Below are positions 50,421-58,998 of a stretch of DNA of 64,000 nt, in pieces. The stretch's first letter is position 1. The number at the start of each line of letters is the position of its first letter. The translations under genes and the position numbers were made by a program. Location: positions 27,384-91,383 of the forward strand of contig JBOHWL010000123.1 of the NCBI GenBank assembly GCA_050736615.1, in the 5' to 3' direction. This DNA comes from Candidatus Binataceae bacterium (GTDB lineage: Bacteria > Desulfobacterota > Binatia > Binatales > Binataceae). The notes under the pieces were generated by a model. That model searched no databases. It was not told the DNA's origin and saw nothing but the letters and a program-made list of their open reading frames with translations.

Positions 50421-51605
50421 ATGGCAAGCCGTGGAATCAAGGACCGCGTCGCGATCGTCGGCATGAGCTGCACCAAATTCGGCGAGCGTTGGGATAAAAG
50501 CGCGGACGACCTCCTGGTCGAAGCCGCCTACGACTGCTACGCTTCGGCCGGCGTCGATCCCAACGATATCGACGCTTATTGGCTCGGCACGATGGGTTCG
50601 GGAGTTTCCGGTCTGACGCTTTCGGAACCGCTCAAGATTCAATACAAGCCGGTCACGCGCGTCGAGAACATGTGTGCGACGGGCTCGGAGGCCCTGCGTC
50701 AAGCCTGTTACGCGGTGGCCTCGGGCGCCTTCGACATCGTGATGGCGATCGGGGTCGAGAAGCTCAAGGATTCAGGTTTCTCGGGCCTCGTGATGACCAA
50801 TCCGCCCAACGATGGCACGCCCGCCAGCATGACGCCGCCGGCCTTGTTCTCGCTGCTCGCGCCCGCCTATTTCAAGAAGTACGGACTGGACCCCGAGAAA
50901 GGCAAGGACGTGCTGTCGCGCATCGCCTGGAAAAACCATAAGAATGGCGCGCTCAATCCCAAGGCGCAATTCCAGAAGGAAGTGCCCCTCGAGACCATCA
51001 GGAATTCGCCCAAAATCGCTGACCCGCTCGGTATCATGGACTGCTCCGGGGTGTCCGACGGCGCCGCCGCGGCGATCGTGGTGCGCGCGGAGGATGCGCA
51101 CAAATACTGCGCCAATCCGATTTATATCAAGGCGCTTTCATTCGTGGCTGGCCCGGCGGAAGGACCACTTAGCCAGGAGTACGACTTCACCACGTTTCCC
51201 GAAGTGGTCGCCACCGCCAAGGACGCCTATCGTCAGGCCGGGATCACCAACCCGCGCGAGCAATTCAGCCTGGCCGAAGTGCACGACTGCTTCACCCCGA
51301 CCGAGTTGGTGCTTTATGAAGACCTGGGTTTCAGCCAGCGCGGCACCGCATGGCAGGATGTGCTCGACGGGTTCTTCGAGCTCGAGGGCAAGCTGCCGGT
51401 CAATCCCGACGGCGGGCTCAAGTCCTTCGGTCATCCGATTGGCGCCTCGGGCTTGCGCATGATGTACGAGAATTGGCTGCAGTTGCGCGGCGAAGCGGGA
51501 CCTCGGCAGATCAAGCATCCCAAGCTCGGATTGACCCATAATCTGGGCGGGCAGCCGGGCCGCTGCGTGAGCTTCGTGTCGGTCGTGGGCAGCCAGATGG
51601 GCTAG
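50421..51605 (+). CDS. Thiolase-domain protein (SCP-x/archaeal-type acetoacetyl-CoA thiolase-like)
   Basis: VAIVGMSCTKFGE, NMCATGSEAL (nucleophilic Cys), and a C-terminal GHPIGASG motif. RBS GAGGAGG upstream. Confidence 0.8.
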   Translation: MASRGIKDRVAIVGMSCTKFGERWDKSADDLLVEAAYDCYASAGVDPNDIDAYWLGTMGSGVSGLTLSEPLKIQYKPVTRVENMCATGSEALRQACYAVASGAFDIVMAIGVEKLKDSGFSGLVMTNPPNDGTPASMTPPALFSLLAPAYFKKYGLDPEKGKDVLSRIAWKNHKNGALNPKAQFQKEVPLETIRNSPKIADPLGIMDCSGVSDGAAAAIVVRAEDAHKYCANPIYIKALSFVAGPAEGPLSQEYDFTTFPEVVATAKDAYRQAGITNPREQFSLAEVHDCFTPTELVLYEDLGFSQRGTAWQDVLDGFFELEGKLPVNPDGGLKSFGHPIGASGLRMMYENWLQLRGEAGPRQIKHPKLGLTHNLGGQPGRCVSFVSVVGSQMG

Positions 51606-51654
51606 CGGAGCCGCGCTGCCCGGCTTGCTAGGAAGCTCTGTGCGGACAGACCAT

Positions 51655-51775
51655 GCTGTCATTCTGAGCGGTAGCGAAGAATCCCGGATCTTTTTGCCTT
51701 TTCAAGGCATTTCCCCGGGATTCTTCACTTCGCAGACTCCGTTCAGAATGACCAATGGGTTTGTGCAGGGTCCGC
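51655..51775. repeat. Palindromic MITE-like repeat, copy 6
   Basis: GTCATTCTGAGCGGTAGCGAAGAATCCCGGATCTTTTTGCCTTTTCAAGGCATTTCCCCGGGATTCTTCACTTCGCAGACTCCGTTCAGAATGAC followed by CAATGGGTTTGTGCAGGG. Confidence 0.8.
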
Positions 51776-51778
51776 AGG

Positions 51779-52441
51779 GTGAAAACCACCGAAGCGACCC
51801 TCGAGACGGTGCGCATCCGCTTGTCCGCACTGATCGGTGCGGGCGCGGAGTTGGCGGCGGGCCGCTACATCTCCACGGCATCCCGTCAAGAGTTCGTTGA
51901 CGGCGCGGAATTTCGCGGATGGCGCGCTGGTTGTATCGCTTTTCTAAAAGAGGCGCTGGCGCCGGATAGTCCCTATCTCGAAGAATTTGAGTCCTGCTGC
52001 GACAGCCCCTACTTGAGCGCGGTCGCGCGCGGCCGGGCTATCTTGTCCGCGGTGCGCGAATATATCGACGCCGGTCCACTGGCGCGCGTCGAGGAGTTGG
52101 TCGCGGCCGAAGTCTTCAACGATCTGATCGCCATTGCATGCCGCTTGGTCGATGAGCGGCGCGGCGCCGCCTGCGCGACGATCCTGGGCGCCGTGCTGGA
52201 GGATCTGTTGCGGCGGCTGGCGCGCGCCCGCCGCCTCAGCTTCCACGAGCATCACGATGGCCTGGCGACCCTTAATGGCAAGCTCGCCGAGGCGCACGTC
52301 TATGGCGCAGACCTCGAGAGTCGGCTCCGGCAATGGGCGCGGACGCGGGAGCATGCGGCGGTCGGTCACGCGCCCTCGGATAGCGAAGCGCGGCGGATGG
52401 CGGCGTTCGTGCGCGAGTTCATGGCCGACTATTTGGCCTAG
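51779..52441 (+). CDS. Hypothetical protein
   Basis: ORF 51755-52441. The first ATG lies at the edge of the repeat, so GTG 51779 is proposed. No recognisable family. Codon usage is consistent with coding. Confidence 0.35.
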   Translation: MKTTEATLETVRIRLSALIGAGAELAAGRYISTASRQEFVDGAEFRGWRAGCIAFLKEALAPDSPYLEEFESCCDSPYLSAVARGRAILSAVREYIDAGPLARVEELVAAEVFNDLIAIACRLVDERRGAACATILGAVLEDLLRRLARARRLSFHEHHDGLATLNGKLAEAHVYGADLESRLRQWARTREHAAVGHAPSDSEARRMAAFVREFMADYLA

Positions 52442-52535
52442 TCATCGAACTGTTGCGCGCGCGCCAGCCTCCGCTTGAGGCCCAGCGCATTGTGCGGCGC
52501 ATGGCCCTCGGCGGCGTGGCAACGCCGTCCGCCAC

Positions 52536-53243
52536 TCATTGGGAAGGCGCCGCCGGCTGGCCACCGGGATTCATCGAGGGTGCGGCGCCGGTCGTGGGTG
52601 CACTGATCATTGGCTGTCGCCCCATTGGCGCCATCCGCCCCATGCGCGGTGCCACCGGGCGATTGGGTAGTTCGTTTGCCATCGTCGGCATCGGAATCGG
52701 CTGCACCGCTTCGGGCGGCTTGCTCGCGATGGTTTCGGGCGGCAGCACAGTGGTGTCGACGGTGTAGAGATAGGCGGTCGAAGGAGCGGGGCTGGTTAGC
52801 AGAGTCGGAAACAGGGTCTCCCATTGGAGCACCCGCGCGATTGGATTGGGATAATGTTCCTGGATTTTGCCCAATTCGACCGGTTTCGAACCCACCCTGA
52901 TGCCCCTCAGAATGATCACGCCATGCTGGGCGCGCAGGTCGTACAGACCCGGCGGCAGACTCGCCCCAAAGGCACCGTTAACATGTATCGGCGCGATATA
53001 GATGTCGCCGGTCAGATGGTTTTCAAAATGGAAGCGGCGCCCACCTTCAAGCACGCCCTGTCCGTTGACCAGCGTGCCTTGCACCCGCGCCGCCATCGCG
53101 GCGCCGGGCAGCGTCAGACCAATGATGAGTAGCCCAATCGCGACCGCCGTCAGCCGCGCGCCTACGCCAGCGATTAGCGCTCGCCCGCGCTGGCGATGCA
53201 AGGTGGCGTGATTCGGATGGCGGCCAGTCACAACTCGCTTCAT
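52536..53243 (-). CDS. Hypothetical membrane-anchored/secreted protein with Pro-rich C-terminus
   Basis: Internal start MKRVV...LIAGVGARLTAVAIGLLIIGLTLPGAAMA gives a signal/TM anchor. C-terminal PMPTMANELPNRPVAPRMGRMAPMG is low complexity. Confidence 0.4.
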   Translation of the reverse strand: MKRVVTGRHPNHATLHRQRGRALIAGVGARLTAVAIGLLIIGLTLPGAAMAARVQGTLVNGQGVLEGGRRFHFENHLTGDIYIAPIHVNGAFGASLPPGLYDLRAQHGVIILRGIRVGSKPVELGKIQEHYPNPIARVLQWETLFPTLLTSPAPSTAYLYTVDTTVLPPETIASKPPEAVQPIPMPTMANELPNRPVAPRMGRMAPMGRQPMISAPTTGAAPSMNPGGQPAAPSQ

Positions 53244-53435
53244 GCTTGAACACCTTTCCAGCGCATTCCTATGCTTGTCGCGCGCGCCGAGCAAGGCAAT
53301 CCCCGGCTTTTTAGTTCGCGCGGGGCGATCAAATGCGCGGTTGCGTAGTGATTCCGCGGGACTCGCGGGAAGCATGCGCGCTGTGACACCGCGTTTCGTC
53401 TGGTCCCAGCCGCGCCGATTACATATGGTGGGGCA

Positions 53436-53783
53436 ATGGACGTGACGCTTTATCATAACCCCGCCTGCAGTCATTCGCGCGGCGCGCTGGAGTTGCTCAA
53501 AACGCGCGGCGCCGAGTTCACCGTGATTGAGTATCTGAAGCGGCCCCCGGGCCGCGAGACCCTCGAACAGATTATTGCGATGCTCGACGGACCAGTTGAA
53601 GAACTGGTCCGCAAGGACAAGCGGTTTAGCGAACTCGGGCTAAAGCCCGCCGCTTATGCCGATAAGGAAGCCGTGATCGGTATACTGCTGCAACATCCGG
53701 AATTGATGCAGCGCCCGATCGTGATTCGTCGCGGGCACGCCGTGATCGCGCGGCCGGCCGAAAAGCTGCAGGCGTTGTTCTGA
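53436..53783 (+). CDS. arsC: Arsenate reductase ArsC (glutaredoxin-coupled, ArsC/Spx/YffB fold)
   Basis: MDVTLYHNPACSHSRGALELL...LQHPELMQRPIVI closely parallels E. coli ArsC (TIYHNPACGTSRNTLEMI...LQHPILINRPIVV, recalled from memory). Confidence 0.75.
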   Translation: MDVTLYHNPACSHSRGALELLKTRGAEFTVIEYLKRPPGRETLEQIIAMLDGPVEELVRKDKRFSELGLKPAAYADKEAVIGILLQHPELMQRPIVIRRGHAVIARPAEKLQALF

Positions 53784-53815
53784 TTCGTTCGCCGCTGAGG
53801 TACGACCGGAAAGCG

Positions 53816-54205
53816 CTAACCCATGATCTCGACCAGATCCGAATACTGACGAAGGACGAAATCGGCGGTCAGCAACCGCGCGGGTTCGTGGATCGCTTGG
53901 GCCACCAGCACGCGGTCGAATGGATCACGATGATATAGGGGTAGCTGCCTGACGCCGGCGGCATGCGCCGCACTGATGGGCAATTCCATAAGCTCCATGA
54001 GTTTTGCGGTTTGAATCAGGTCGTTGAGTCCAACCGGCAAGCTTAGACGTCCGATCCGTAGCTTGATTGCTAATTCCCAGATACTCGCCGCGGAGAACAG
54101 AATCTCATTTTCGGACGATTCGAGCATCGCGCGCCACCGTGCGGACAACTTATCCGGCTCAGCTATGGCCCAAAGCAATACGTGCGTATCAACGAGCAGG
54201 CGCAT
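53816..54205 (-). CDS. vapC: Type II TA toxin, PIN domain (VapC family)
   Basis: MRLLVDTHVLLW..., ...LFSAASIWELAIK..., ...TADFVL... are PIN features. Overlaps the upstream antitoxin stop. Confidence 0.8.
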   Translation of the reverse strand: MRLLVDTHVLLWAIAEPDKLSARWRAMLESSENEILFSAASIWELAIKLRIGRLSLPVGLNDLIQTAKLMELMELPISAAHAAGVRQLPLYHRDPFDRVLVAQAIHEPARLLTADFVLRQYSDLVEIMG

Positions 54206-54440
54206 CCTTGCCGCCGTCGAATAAAATCAACGTCTCCTCGGGCAAGGCGGCGTCGAAGTCCGCAGCGACGGAGAAGCTTCCAGCGAGCAGCCCGAGTTTG
54301 CGTTGGTGTATGGCGCGCACCGGCACAAGCCGCGCCACCGGTTTGCCGGCTTTAGCGATAATTACTTCGTTTCCCTCGGACGCTTCCTCAATGAGCTTCG
54401 ATAGATGGGTTTTGGCGTCGTGAATATTGATCATCCGCAT
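54189..54440 (-). CDS. Type II TA antitoxin, Phd/YefM family
   Basis: MRMINIHDAKTHLSKLIEEASEGNEVIIAKAGKPVARLVP is a Phd/YefM N-terminus. 83 aa. Overlaps the PIN gene by 17 bp. Confidence 0.8.
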   Translation of the reverse strand: MRMINIHDAKTHLSKLIEEASEGNEVIIAKAGKPVARLVPVRAIHQRKLGLLAGSFSVAADFDAALPEETLILFDGGKDAPAR

Positions 54441-54574
54441 CGAACTAAGCTTAGTCTAGTCTGATTGCAAAAACAGCTGAAGTCAGCCGTTCGGCCGGCC
54501 GAAAAGCTGTAGGCGCTGTTCTGATCGGTCTGGCGCGGCGACATCGGGCGCCGGCATGGTCAGGCGCGCCGCGG

Positions 54575-54763
54575 CTAGGCGCTTTTGCGGACTTTGCCGC
54601 TGCGGATACAGCGCGTGCATACCAGCATCCGCTTGACCCCGCCCGCGGTCGCGGCGCGCACTTCTTGCAGGTTGGGACGCCAGCGCCGCTTGGTTTTGTT
54701 GTTGGCGTGACTGACGTTATTACCCACCGAGGGAAATTTTCCACATATTGCGCAATGTCTCAT
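54575..54763 (-). CDS. rpmB: 50S ribosomal protein L28
   Basis: [33 protein letters not shown] is L28. Confidence 0.9.
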   Translation of the reverse strand: MRHCAICGKFPSVGNNVSHANNKTKRRWRPNLQEVRAATAGGVKRMLVCTRCIRSGKVRKSA

Positions 54764-55173
54764 GGTCAGATCCATCCCAAAGTATGAAGTTTAAACACTC
54801 AAAATAGCCGGAGGCGCGCGACGATTAAAGAGGGGGACCGCCGGCGGGAAACTCCGCACAGACCGCATGCTGTCAGGCTCGTGTACGGGGGATCCCGTCA
54901 GAGTGGAGTCGCAGGTGGAGCGAGCATACTGGTGAAGCGAAGCGCAACGAGCGCGCGTCGCGAGCTGCGTTCAGAGTTGGCAATCGGGTTTGGTTTCGGA
55001 ATGTCTATCCACAGGCCCCGCGCGGGCAAGTGGATTAAGCCGTGCCCCTCGCACCACGCGCGGCGGCTTCGGCTTGAGTCCGTCAGCCAAAAGCTACAAG
55101 CTTGAGCGCAATGATATCGATCGCCGCCGGCGCGCGTCCCGACCACATGGAAGCACGCGGGCGCGCCTCTGAC

Positions 55174-57003
55174 ATGACGGAGCGAGTGGTCCATATTCTG
55201 CCCGAGCAGGTGGCCAGCCAGATCGCCGCGGGCGAAGTGGTCGAGCGGCCGGCCTCGGCCTTGAAGGAACTCGTCGAGAATTCACTCGATGCTGGCGCGC
55301 GCACCGTCAGTGTCGAAATCGCACGCGGCGGCGGCGCGCTTATCAGCGTCAGCGACGACGGCTGTGGGATGACCCGCGAGGACGCCGTGCTGGCCCTGCG
55401 CCGTCATGCCACCTCCAAGCTGCGCGACGCCGCCGGCCTGAGCGCCATCGCGACGTTGGGCTTTCGCGGCGAGGCGTTGGCGGCGATTGCGAGCGTCGCC
55501 CATCTGGAGTTGCGTACGCGCCGCGCGGACGATTCGCATGGAGTCGAGTTGCTCGTCGATGGCGGCGAGCCGCAACGCGTACAAGCCTGCGCGATAGCAC
55601 CCGGCACCGCGATCGTGGTGCGGGAACTGTTCTTCAACACGCCCGCCCGGCTTAAATTCCTCAAGACGGTCGCGACCGAGCAAAGCGCGGCGGCCGAGGC
55701 GCTCCAGCGGCTGGCATTGGCCAATCCGCACGTCGCCTTCAGCATGCGCGCCGACGGTCGCGCGTTGATCGACGTGCCGCGTGCGAGCAGTCTGCTCGAG
55801 CGCTGGCGCCAACTGTTCGGCGCGAAACTGGCCGCGCGGATGCGGCCGTTTGCCGCCGGTGACCCGCGGCTTCGAGCTTGGGGTCTTGCCAGTATGAGCC
55901 AGGAATCGTTTCCCACCGCGCGGCTGGTGTTGACCTTCGTCAATCGCCGGGCGGTGCGCGACCGGATGCTGGCGCGGGCGGTGATGGCGGCTTATCAGAC
56001 GCTGTTGCCGCGCGGACGCCATCCGGCGGTCGCGTTGATGGTCGAGCTCAAGCCCGAAGAAGTTGACGTCAACGTCCATCCGATGAAGACCGAGGTGCGC
56101 TTTCGCCATGGCGGTGCCATTTTCGAAGTGGTCTATCACGCGTTGCACGCATCTCTGTCCGATCAGAGCGAGCCTTCGCCGCAAGCGATTGCTGAGATCG
56201 TCGCTCCCGACGCGGACACGATGCGAACCGTGGCGGCGATCGCGCCCGAGCCCCGTTCTGAACGCGCGTTGCGGCTGGTGGCCGACGCCGCATCGCCATC
56301 CGCCGTGCAGCGCCCGTTGGCGATCGGCTTCGGACGTTACCCTGCTACGCCCGGCGCGAATGGCGCGACCGTGGCCGTGTCCGCGGTTGCGCTCGCCGCG
56401 CCGGTGCCGACCGCCAACGTGCCGATCTATTCGCGTCTGCGCATCGTCGGTCAGCTCTTCGCCGGCTATATCGCGCTCGAACATGAGGATGGCCTGCTGC
56501 TGATCGACCAGCACGCGGCGCACGAACGCGTCACCTTCGAACGTCTGCGCGCCGAGTTGCGCGCGGGCGGGATTCGCGTACAGGCAATGTTGACGCCGGC
56601 CACGCTGGAACTTAATCCGGCGCGCGCCGCACAGGTGATGGCGTCATTGGCGGAGTTGCGCGCGATGGGCTTCGAGACCGAGCCGTTCGGCCCCACCACC
56701 CTGGTGGTCAAAGGCGCCCCAGCCGTGTTCGGGGCCGAAGGCGGCCTGGGACTGCTCAACGAAATGATCGGCGCAATGGGCGAGCATGGCTTCGGGATCG
56801 GCGGCGAGAGCGCCTTCGAGAATATGCTCAAGCAGCTTGCCTGCCACGGCTCGATCCGCGCCGGACGGCTGCTCGAGCCGCGTGAGATGGCGGCGTTGCT
56901 GACCGAGCTTGATCGCACTGAATTCAAGACCAACTGCCCGCACGGGCGGCCGGTGCATATCCAGTTCGCGCGCGGCCAGATCGAGCGCATGTTTCGCCGA
57001 TGA
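55174..57003 (+). CDS. mutL: DNA mismatch repair protein MutL
   Basis: VVHILPEQVASQIAAGEVVERPASALKELVENSLDAGA is the GHKL ATPase domain. The C-terminal dimerisation domain is ...CPHGRP. Confidence 0.93.
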   Translation: MTERVVHILPEQVASQIAAGEVVERPASALKELVENSLDAGARTVSVEIARGGGALISVSDDGCGMTREDAVLALRRHATSKLRDAAGLSAIATLGFRGEALAAIASVAHLELRTRRADDSHGVELLVDGGEPQRVQACAIAPGTAIVVRELFFNTPARLKFLKTVATEQSAAAEALQRLALANPHVAFSMRADGRALIDVPRASSLLERWRQLFGAKLAARMRPFAAGDPRLRAWGLASMSQESFPTARLVLTFVNRRAVRDRMLARAVMAAYQTLLPRGRHPAVALMVELKPEEVDVNVHPMKTEVRFRHGGAIFEVVYHALHASLSDQSEPSPQAIAEIVAPDADTMRTVAAIAPEPRSERALRLVADAASPSAVQRPLAIGFGRYPATPGANGATVAVSAVALAAPVPTANVPIYSRLRIVGQLFAGYIALEHEDGLLLIDQHAAHERVTFERLRAELRAGGIRVQAMLTPATLELNPARAAQVMASLAELRAMGFETEPFGPTTLVVKGAPAVFGAEGGLGLLNEMIGAMGEHGFGIGGESAFENMLKQLACHGSIRAGRLLEPREMAALLTELDRTEFKTNCPHGRPVHIQFARGQIERMFRR

Positions 57004-58010
57004 CGCGCGCCTTTGAACCGCGCGTCGCGGCGCAAGCGATTGCCGTGGCCAGGGATGCGGGCGCGCGCGAGGAAGGGGCGGGACGCTTGCGCGTCGGTCT
57101 CATCGTGGGACCGACCGGGGTGGGCAAAACCTCCTTCGCAATCGCGCTGGCGGAGAAACTCGGCGCCGAGATCGTCAACGCCGATTCGCGTCAATGCTAC
57201 CGCGGCATGGATATCGGCACGGCCAAGGCGTCGCCGGCCGAACGCCGCCGCGTACCCCATCACCTGATCGATATCCGGCCAGCGGACGCGCCTTTGGACG
57301 TGGCCGCCTTCGCGCGCCTGGCGCATGAGGCGATCGCGGCCATCGCCGGGCGCCGACGCCCGGTCCTGGTGGTCGGTGGCAGCGGTCTTTATTTGCGCGT
57401 GTTATGCGGCGGAATCTTCGCCGGACCGCCGGCCTGTGAGAAAATCCGCGGCGAATTGAACGCGCTCGGGGACGCGCCGTCGCTGCATCGGCGCCTGGCC
57501 GAGGTCGATGCCGCCAGCGCCAGTTGGATCGCCCCGAATGATCGCCGGCGCATCGTGCGCGCACTCGAAGTCTATAATTTAACCGGCGTGCCGCTGAGCG
57601 AGCATCAGCGGCGCCACGCCTTTACCGCGCGCGTCTACGAGACGCTTCGGATCGGATTGGAAATTCCGCGCGCGCGCTTGTACGCGGCGATTAACCGGCG
57701 CTTCGATGCGATGGTCGCGAGGGGGCTGGTCGACGAGGTGCGGAGCCTGCTTGCGGCCGGAGTGAAGCTCGACGCGCTCGGCACGATTGGTTACCGCCAG
57801 ATAGCCGCCTATCTGCTCGGCGAGCTTGACCTGGCGCGTGCGGTCGAACTGGCCAAACGCGACACACGCCGGCTGGCCAAACGCCAGCTCACCTGGTTTC
57901 GCCACGAGCGTGCGACTGTCTGGCTTGACCCAGCGCGGGATTTATCCGTGGCGCGGGAGCGCTTGAAGGCATTTTTCGCAGGCGATGACTTGCATGGAAC
58001 GGAAAACTGA
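57000..58010 (+). CDS. miaA: tRNA dimethylallyltransferase MiaA
   Basis: GLIVGPTGVGKTSFAIALAEKLGAEIVNADSRQCYRGMDIGTAK. Start overlaps the mutL stop. Confidence 0.92.
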   Translation: MTRAFEPRVAAQAIAVARDAGAREEGAGRLRVGLIVGPTGVGKTSFAIALAEKLGAEIVNADSRQCYRGMDIGTAKASPAERRRVPHHLIDIRPADAPLDVAAFARLAHEAIAAIAGRRRPVLVVGGSGLYLRVLCGGIFAGPPACEKIRGELNALGDAPSLHRRLAEVDAASASWIAPNDRRRIVRALEVYNLTGVPLSEHQRRHAFTARVYETLRIGLEIPRARLYAAINRRFDAMVARGLVDEVRSLLAAGVKLDALGTIGYRQIAAYLLGELDLARAVELAKRDTRRLAKRQLTWFRHERATVWLDPARDLSVARERLKAFFAGDDLHGTEN

Positions 58011-58986
58011 ATTGGCGGCTGATGGCCCGGAATTGGGGGAAATGGAAACGCGGCTGGACGAGTTGCGCCGGCGCCTGCGCGAACCGTTGACGGCGAGGGA
58101 AAAGCGTGCGCTGTTGCTCGATCAGGCAGGGCTGCAAGCCGGCTACAAGGCGCGGCTGGGTGCGATCGACCGGGTGCGCCTGGCGCGCAATCCCGGCCGT
58201 CCGCAAACGCTCGACTATATCGACGGCCTGATCAGCGACTTTATGGAAATTCACGGCGACCGGCGCTTTGCCGACGATGGTGCGATCGTGGCCGGCCTGG
58301 GTTATTTTCAGCGCCGCCCGGTGGCGATCGTCGGCCATCAGCGCGGACGCTCGACCACCGATCGCCTCCGACGCAATTTCGGCAAGCCCCATCCCGAGGG
58401 TTATCGCAAGGCCGCGCGCGTCTTCGATCTTGCCCATCGCTTTGGCCTGCCACTCGTCACCTTCATAGATACGCAGGGCGCCGAACCGGGCGTGGGCGCG
58501 GAGGAACGCGGCCAGGCCGAGGCGATCGCCGCCAATCTCGAACTGATGGCGCGCCTCGAAGTGCCGGTGGTTACCTGCGTGATCGGCGAGGGTGGTTCGG
58601 GCGGCGCTTTGGCACTGGGCGTCGCCAACGTGGTGCTGATGCAGGAATACGCCTGCTACTCCGTGATCACGCCCGAGGGATGCGCCGCGATCCTGTGGCG
58701 GCAGGGCGGCCCCGAGAAGGTCGCGGAGGCGGCCGCGGCGCTCAAGCTCACCGCCGAGGACCTGCTCGGCCTGGGCGTGGTGGATGAAGTTATCGCCGAG
58801 CCGGCCGGCGGAGCGCATCGCGACCCCGCCGCCGCGGTGAGCCTTCTGGGCGCGGCGCTCGGCCGGCATCTGACGCGGCTGCGGCGGCTGGGGACGGCCG
58901 AACTGCGACATCATCGCGAGCGTAAACTGGCCGCGATGGGTTCGGCGTTTTTACAACGCGTTGAAAACCGCGGCCGGATCGGTTAG
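57985..58986 (+). CDS. accA: Acetyl-CoA carboxylase carboxyltransferase subunit alpha
   Basis: ...ARNPGRPQTLDYI...IVAGLGYFQRRPVAIVGHQRG...GGSGGALALGVAN is AccA. Confidence 0.9.
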   Translation: MTCMERKTELAADGPELGEMETRLDELRRRLREPLTAREKRALLLDQAGLQAGYKARLGAIDRVRLARNPGRPQTLDYIDGLISDFMEIHGDRRFADDGAIVAGLGYFQRRPVAIVGHQRGRSTTDRLRRNFGKPHPEGYRKAARVFDLAHRFGLPLVTFIDTQGAEPGVGAEERGQAEAIAANLELMARLEVPVVTCVIGEGGSGGALALGVANVVLMQEYACYSVITPEGCAAILWRQGGPEKVAEAAAALKLTAEDLLGLGVVDEVIAEPAGGAHRDPAAAVSLLGAALGRHLTRLRRLGTAELRHHRERKLAAMGSAFLQRVENRGRIG

Positions 58987-58998
58987 CGATGGCTCGCG

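Noticed and set aside
55282-56523. 413-aa minus-strand ORF inside mutL
   Set aside because: Antisense to mutL. Arg-rich spurious ORF.
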